NCBI RefSeq assembly: GCF_001194135.2
Contig: NC_068981.1
Coordinates: forward strand, 106,764,219 to 106,803,118
Direction of reading: 5' to 3'
From: Octopus bimaculoides
Lineage: Eukaryota
Length of the DNA stretch: 38,900 nt
In this document: positions 33,094 through 38,900 of the stretch, piece by piece
Layout: the number at the start of each line of letters is the position of its first letter
How positions within the stretch are numbered: the stretch's first letter is position 1
Notes under the pieces: generated by a model
Told to the model about the DNA's origin: nothing
The model's database searches: none
The model's input: the letters and a program-made list of their open reading frames with translations, nothing else
Position numbers and translations under genes: made by a program

Positions 33094-34516
33094 TATGAAA
33101 AGTAGCTGAGCAATATCAGTTTGTATGGAAAAAGCATTTAATTTAACCATCAAACTATTTCGTTTACGCAATTATTGATTCTTCTTTGAAATAGCTGTTT
33201 CTACAGCGACTTCATTTTATAGAATATGTTAGTGTGCAGTTTTTTTTTTAATACTTTCTCCTTTTGTCATAAAATATATAAAAAAAAAACTACTTTATCG
33301 TTTTGTTATAACTGAGATGTTCAGGACAAAAATATAAATGAACTTTATTGTATTGTTTTTATCTTCTATTTTCATATAAAATCAAATGGTTTATTTTTAT
33401 ATAACTATTTTCTCTTTAACTCAGGTAGTAGCTTTCTAAGATACCAGTTTAGACATCACTTAAATCATTTTCTTTTTTGCTTTGTTTCTTTAGTTTGCCT
33501 TCATTGCTTTGCTTTTAGTTTCTATTTGCTTTTAATAGTTGTTTTCCTTTTAAATACATCCCTGTATATTATAAGCTTGGACTTGAAGCAGTATTTCCTT
33601 TACCCTTTAATAGATTATATGTCAATGTGTAGAATCTAATTCTGTTATGTGTAACAGCTTGACAAAATAAATGCTTCAGTTGTGACTGATTTATTGTTAT
33701 GCTTGTCTTTATTAATTGATTTTTGATGTTCTATTTGCTCAAATAATAATCTTATCTCTTTGGTAGACTTGGTCTATTTTTCACCACTGTCTAATTGTGA
33801 TATATGTTGAATATTTTGTTTTATATGTTAAATGATATTCACATTCTGACCCTTGACATTATCCAATGTTTCTTCAGTATCTATTGAATTTTTCCTCCTC
33901 TGCCTTCTCCGATTATTTTATGCTGACTTTCCCTTTTCATTATAACCCAAGCTTTAAAGCTATCTTTTCATACACACCTACATACATTTGTTTTAAATAT
34001 AATTAGTGGAACTGGATAATATTAATAAAAATTGAGTAATAATAAAACACCACTTCCTGTTTTAGTTTGTTCTCCTTTATTCATTCATTTCTAAATGTTT
34101 TAACATCTGTTTTCTTGTGGTTAAATGGTGGGTGTGTCTACAGCCAATTTCAAGGGAAATACCTTTGTAGCTTAGCATTCATCCATGAAGTGGGAGTGGT
34201 ACTTATTTTCTGCTTGAGGCAAGTAATGTATATTATAGTAAATGCACATTTCAGTACAGTCAGAATTAGAACTTCACATGATTTTGCGAGTATTTCTTAC
34301 ACTTTAAACAACTGAGTATCTCTATTATATGTTAATATCTTAAAACACGTATTCCAGTACAAGTTTGATCATGTAATTTAGGTTCTAACAATTGTCTTCA
34401 TTGAGACAAAAAAAAAAAAAAAAATTCAGAATGTGACTCAACTAAAGGAAGAGTAATAATTCAATCAGAATAAGTCAGCTTATAATAATAAAGTTGTAAG
34501 ACATTTAATCATGCTT

Positions 34517-34582
34517 ATAAGAATGTGTTAGTACTCAGGGTACCAATACATTATTTGTACTTGAGTACAAATACATTCTTAT
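34517..34582. other. 66 nt pre-miRNA-shaped hairpin
   Basis: ataagaatgtgttagtactca (34517-34537) pairs with tgagtacaaatacattcttat (34562-34582): 19 Watson-Crick pairs, 1 G.U, 1 mismatch, plus 4 bp gtac/gtac closing a 13 nt loop. Confidence 0.6.
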
Positions 34583-34584
34583 GG

Positions 34585-34750
34585 ACTCAGGTTTGGATGT
34601 ATGCTTACAAAGTTCACTTCACAACCATGTGATTCCAAGTTCAGCCCTACTCTATGACATCTTGTGCCACTATTTTCTGCTATAGCCCCTGTTGAACATT
34701 GTTCATGAGTGGAATTGGTAGACTGACACTCAGAAGAAGTGTGTGTGCGT
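34585..34750 (+). mobile_element. Decayed 5' half of SINE family A
   Basis: caaccatgtgattccaagttcagccctac ... tgctatagcc ... gagtggaattggtagac. Confidence 0.55.
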
Positions 34751-35368
34751 GCTCATGAGCAAAATTCCAGTAGCTCTTGGTAGCTTGCTATCACTGACAT
34801 GTGAAGTTAATGGAATGAAAGTATTTCACTTGGAAAATAGATTAGGGTTGATGACAAGAAGATCGTCTGACAACCATAAAAAAAATTTTCTCTCAGCAAG
34901 TTTTATCGAACTCATGCCAGCACTGAAACTGAACATTAGAAACAATAATGATGATGTTTAAAACAGATCTCAGGAAATCATTAGATCAAATCTAACTAGG
35001 TGACTTCATCAATACTTTCAATTCAGGCCAATTTAACTTAATTGTTAAAGTGTATAGTTTCAAGATCTATATATTTTAAGAGTTTTTCTGCTTTAATAAA
35101 TGTAGTACATTCCCGCATCATGGCAGATATAAATCAGAGATTTTATAGCTAGGTATCACTTTCAGTGCTAGCTAAAGCCATCAGTGATGTTGTTACATTG
35201 GTCACTTATTCAAGCATCTGACTTAACCTGGTTTTACTCAAGTGTTCAATTCATGATTGTTTCATGAACTAGAAAGGACAGTTAATGAAGATGAGTAACA
35301 TTGTTTAGACAGGCAAATATAACTAGAGTGGAAATTTTAATGTTGGATACATTTTATGTTTATTAGCT

Positions 35369-35369
35369 A

Positions 35370-35401
<32 letters not shown>

Positions 35402-35430
35402 AAGAGAAAGCAAGCAAGCAAGCAAGAAGA
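35369..35430. repeat. Compound microsatellite (TG)n(AG)n(AAGC)n
   Basis: Read directly. Confidence 0.9.
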
Positions 35431-36420
35431 TAGAGGGAGATATGTAAGTAGCACAAACACTTAAAATTAGAGCTTTTTCAATTTTGGAAGAAATAACATT
35501 CCATGGATATTTCTTCCTTGTCTTAACTTGTGTAAAGTAGTGTACATGTTTTTTTTTATACAATATTTTATTTTTTAAATTGCTTAGCTAGGGAAGAAGG
35601 TCAGTGCCTGTCACAATTTTTAGGGTAACTGAGACTGGCAAGAGCAAGGAAGAAGTTATCCTTAAACCAGAAAACAGGCCCAAATGCTTCCAATGGAATA
35701 GACTTTGCTAGATAGCCAAGGATCAGCTGGTGGTGTTAATCAGTGACAAATTAAGTCTACCACCAAAATAGGACACAGTAGGGGGTGAACCCAAATGCAA
35801 AGAACCAGAAGAAATACTACAAGATATCCTATTTGATGATCTGATGCTGCCTCCAGTCCATTGCTCTAGACTGGTATTTTTTGAATCTTGGAAAAATGAA
35901 AGGCAAAATTAACAGCACCTGAAAATGTTTCCTAATTGTGGGTGCGTTTCCTTGATGTATGTACTGACTGTACATTGTTACATGATTGGTGTGAGGTGTG
36001 TAGATTGAGGATGTGTACATGGTTAGCTGATGCCAAATGTCACACCTGAAGCTACGATTGTTGTAACACCCTAACTGTTGCATGTTTGCTGTTGAATCAG
36101 GATAGGCTTTAGGATAATTTAAAGAATATCTATCAGCTTTAAAATCCTTGTAGCTAGCATTAATAACAAATTTTAGTAGCCCCTACAATAACAGCATCCC
36201 AGCCATCAATGGCTTAAAAGAGAAGATGCACTCCAAATCAGACAAGAACTGAGCTTAGAAATAGATCTAGGAACATTATGGTTTGCTCCCTTTTCCTCCT
36301 TGAGTGTTGGACTTACATGAAACAATATAAAAGAAAAAAAAAAAAAATTGTTTCATATACGCCAACCAAGATCCCCACTCCAGACTAAATGCACGATATA
36401 TATATCTTGTTTTGCAAGCT

Positions 36421-36691
36421 CACAGGTGCTGGTGCCATATAAAAAGCATCTGTGCTAGTGTCACGTAAAAAGCACCCATGCCATGTATAAAGCACTCATG
36501 CCAGTGCCACATATGAAGTACCTGTGCTGGTGTCACGTAGAAAGCACCCAGTACACTCTGTAAAGTGGTGGGTGTTAAGAAGGACATCCAGCTGTAGAAA
36601 CCATGCTAAAGCAGACAATGGAGCCTGGTGCAGCTCCCTGACATGCCAGCTCCTGTCAAACCATCTAACCCATGCCAGCATGGAAAACAGA
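36421..36691 (+). mobile_element. Family B retroposon with internal tandem repeats
   Basis: About five 20-28 nt units (gtgctggtgccacgtaaaaagcacc-like), then catccagctgtagaaacc...gtcaaaccatctaacccatgccagcatggaaaacaga. Confidence 0.85.
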
Positions 36692-36754
36692 TCTATCTAT
36701 CAACACACACACAAACACCACATGATTTCTAATTTGGCCAGAATTTAGAGAATT

Positions 36755-36935
36755 ATTGTTTAGCCAATGCCATTGACCCCAACATTTTGTTGGTACTTTA
36801 TTTTATTGACCCTGAAATGATGAAACATAAAGTTAACCTCAGCAGAATATGAACCCAGAATGTGAAGAACTGGAATAAATACAATAAAGCATTTTTCCTG
36901 ACAAGCTAACAATTCTTCGAACCTGCTTCATCCAT
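36755..36935 (-). mobile_element. Decayed SINE family C
   Basis: ggtactttattttattgaccctgaaatgatgaaacataaagttaacctcagcagaatatgaacccagaa is the reverse complement of the family C body. Confidence 0.65.
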
Positions 36936-38565
36936 CAACCTGGCAGGTTGGTGATCCATCCAAAATTCCAAACATAAAATTTAATAATGTGTTTCATAGA
37001 GCATAAATGTAAACAAATTTAGGTGTGAAACAATTAAAGAATGAATTATTTCCTTCCTTCTATATTATTTTTCTGAAGATATTACTAAATAAGGTATTTT
37101 GATTATAATCTTCCAATATATTCTGTGATACTGTTTTGTCTGAAACACAAGTGCAAGAAAGTATGTTGTGTGCATGTGTGTGTGTGTGAGTGTGTGAGAG
37201 AGATGGTGGGGTAAAGAATTTACCACTCCATTACAACTATGTTTTTCACCATCTCTTCTCTTGAATCCTCCCTATTTTGCTCCAGTGGAACTTCAAGTCT
37301 AGGATTTTCTCTCTCATGCATTATTCCAGAAAGATTTTGAATTTCTGTGGAAATTTTTTTTTATGGCGGTGGGGACGCTGAGAAATGCTGACAATCATTG
37401 AAAACAAGCAGATAAACATCAATACATACACATGGATAATATAAAATGTAAAAGAAACCTTATTAGTTTCACTGAAAAGTAAGTAAAGTGGTCACACTAT
37501 AGTTTTCTCTTACTATAGGTAGAAAAAGGAAGTGATTCAGTTAGTTTGAAATTTTGTTTAATTTTCGTCTGAGAAAGGTTGACCTAGATAATTGTATGTA
37601 ATTGTTCACTGATGAAAATTTGATAAAATTTGTCAAACCAGCCTCTTTTTCAGCTCACAGAGAGCAAAACCTGTGGTGTTTACTTTAAAGAGTGAAGTTT
37701 GATTTTTATCTTACATTTCAAATTTTCTTTAAAGAAAATGAAAATACACAAATGTTGTACAGTATTAGTTAAAATGAGTTTATTTACATTTGAAATTATC
37801 CTTAAAAATAGGTTGTCTGGCATAAAATTAATTCATTAATTCATTCATATTGTTATTGCATACTCTATTAATGCAAATCAGAGGCACTGTTGTTATGTGT
37901 GCCTTTGTGTTTACTATAGATAGCTATAAGCTACTATTGTTTGTTTGTGCAGAAAATCAGTAATTGTTGTGTAATGAAAGTTTAACAACACGTGATATTC
38001 AGATTAATCCTTTTTTCTGCCTATAAAGAAACCTTAACTGTTTTGGTTTCTGGTTCTTCATCTGAGAATGAGGAAAACAAAGAAATGTGTGCTGACACTG
38101 GTTGTCTGTAGTTAAGATTTCTTGGATTATGCACTTTACTCTTTGAATCAAGTTAGTACTACTTATGCTAGGTGCATAAGTACATCTGATTGCTTCAAAC
38201 CAACAAAGCCACACTCCTCCATTGCCATCAAACAATTCATGGCAGAACTATTCCCTATTCACACTAAACTCTTTAGTATCTCTCTCTCCCCACCTCTTTC
38301 CCTGTACATATAAGAAAAAGAGATGACATGGCAAAAACTGATTATGTCATGACTTTCATTAGCTTACAGCTGTTTCTGCTATAAGACACAGTGGATTTGT
38401 TGAGTGCTCTTTTTTCTTATTACTACTCTTTACTTAGTTCTGAAACATACATATATTAAATTCTTTACCAGGTTATTAGTCTTGCAATGCCTAAGTGATA
38501 TATATATATATGTATATATATATTTAAGAATTTAAGGATTGGAGAAAACGCATGTTATAATTGAA

Positions 38566-38660
38566 TACTTTATTCCTACATATGTTTCAAAGGATTACAA
38601 CCTGTGTGATCCATAGGGATCTTTGATATTAAAATTGTAACCTTCTCATCAGGGAAAGCA
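38566..38660 (-). ncRNA. Minimal type I hammerhead ribozyme, core apparently intact
   Basis: Minus strand: UGCU-UUCC [CUGAUGA, 38652-38646] stem II GAAGGUUACAA...UUGUAAUCCUUU [GAAA, 38588-38585] C-AUAU-G-UA (cleavage triplet GUA) GGAA-UAA-AGUA. All conserved core nucleotides are present; the 10.1-11.1 pair is G.U. Confidence 0.75.
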
Positions 38661-38814
38661 TGGGAATCATCTTAAACGTAAGACATTATGACCGATTATG
38701 AAAATAATAGATGGATAAGGTTATGACTTGATTCATTTGAAAAAAACCGTTAGAGAATTGGACGCTGCCGGATAGTGGGTTGGACAACACATACCAATCA
38801 ATGTGTAAGAGCAT

Positions 38815-38900
38815 ACATGTATACATACATACACAAACACACACATATATATACATGCATACTGATACACACACACACACACACATATACATGCATATAT
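38815..38900. repeat. Mixed (CA)/(TA)/(CATA) microsatellite
   Basis: Read directly; runs to the window end. Confidence 0.9.

Noticed and set aside
36421-36550. Short repeated units as a CRISPR array
   Set aside because: Units are degenerate and contiguous without unique spacers, lie inside a eukaryotic retroposon, and no cas genes are present.
3830-37640. Other CUGANGA occurrences (about 3836, 13321, 15213, 21068, 31795, 37609 on +; 16224, 20386, 31214 on -) and GAAACAUGUC at 17398
   Set aside because: None has a stem II followed by GAAA plus a pairable stem I; the 17398 site is the GETC codons of the endonuclease.

Overview
AT-rich, repeat-dense, non-coding metazoan DNA with two assembly gaps (11124-11973 and 14091-14115). 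The repeat families (tRNA-headed SINEs with internal microsatellites, (ATG)n-tailed SINE-like repeats, TTAA-flanked CCCTTTAGCATT MITEs) look like those I recall from octopus genomes, so the taxon is an inference. I find no intact protein-coding gene, rRNA, functional tRNA or CRISPR array. Most ORFs in the supplied track are chance ORFs, gap artefacts, or antisense reads of repeats. Recognisable coding fossils are a Helitron Pif1-type helicase region (minus, about 13040-14070), a Penelope GIY-YIG endonuclease C-terminus inside a roughly 1 kb fold-back (16899-17886), and a mariner transposase N-terminus with its 5' TIR (minus, 30331-30752). The most notable signals are RNA-structural: an apparently intact minimal type I hammerhead ribozyme (minus, 38566-38660); a Penelope 3' end carrying a tRNA-Ile-like Pol III A/B-box module upstream of a degenerate hammerhead; and four unrelated near-perfect 50-66 nt hairpins. 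All alignments and folds were done by eye and need computational confirmation.
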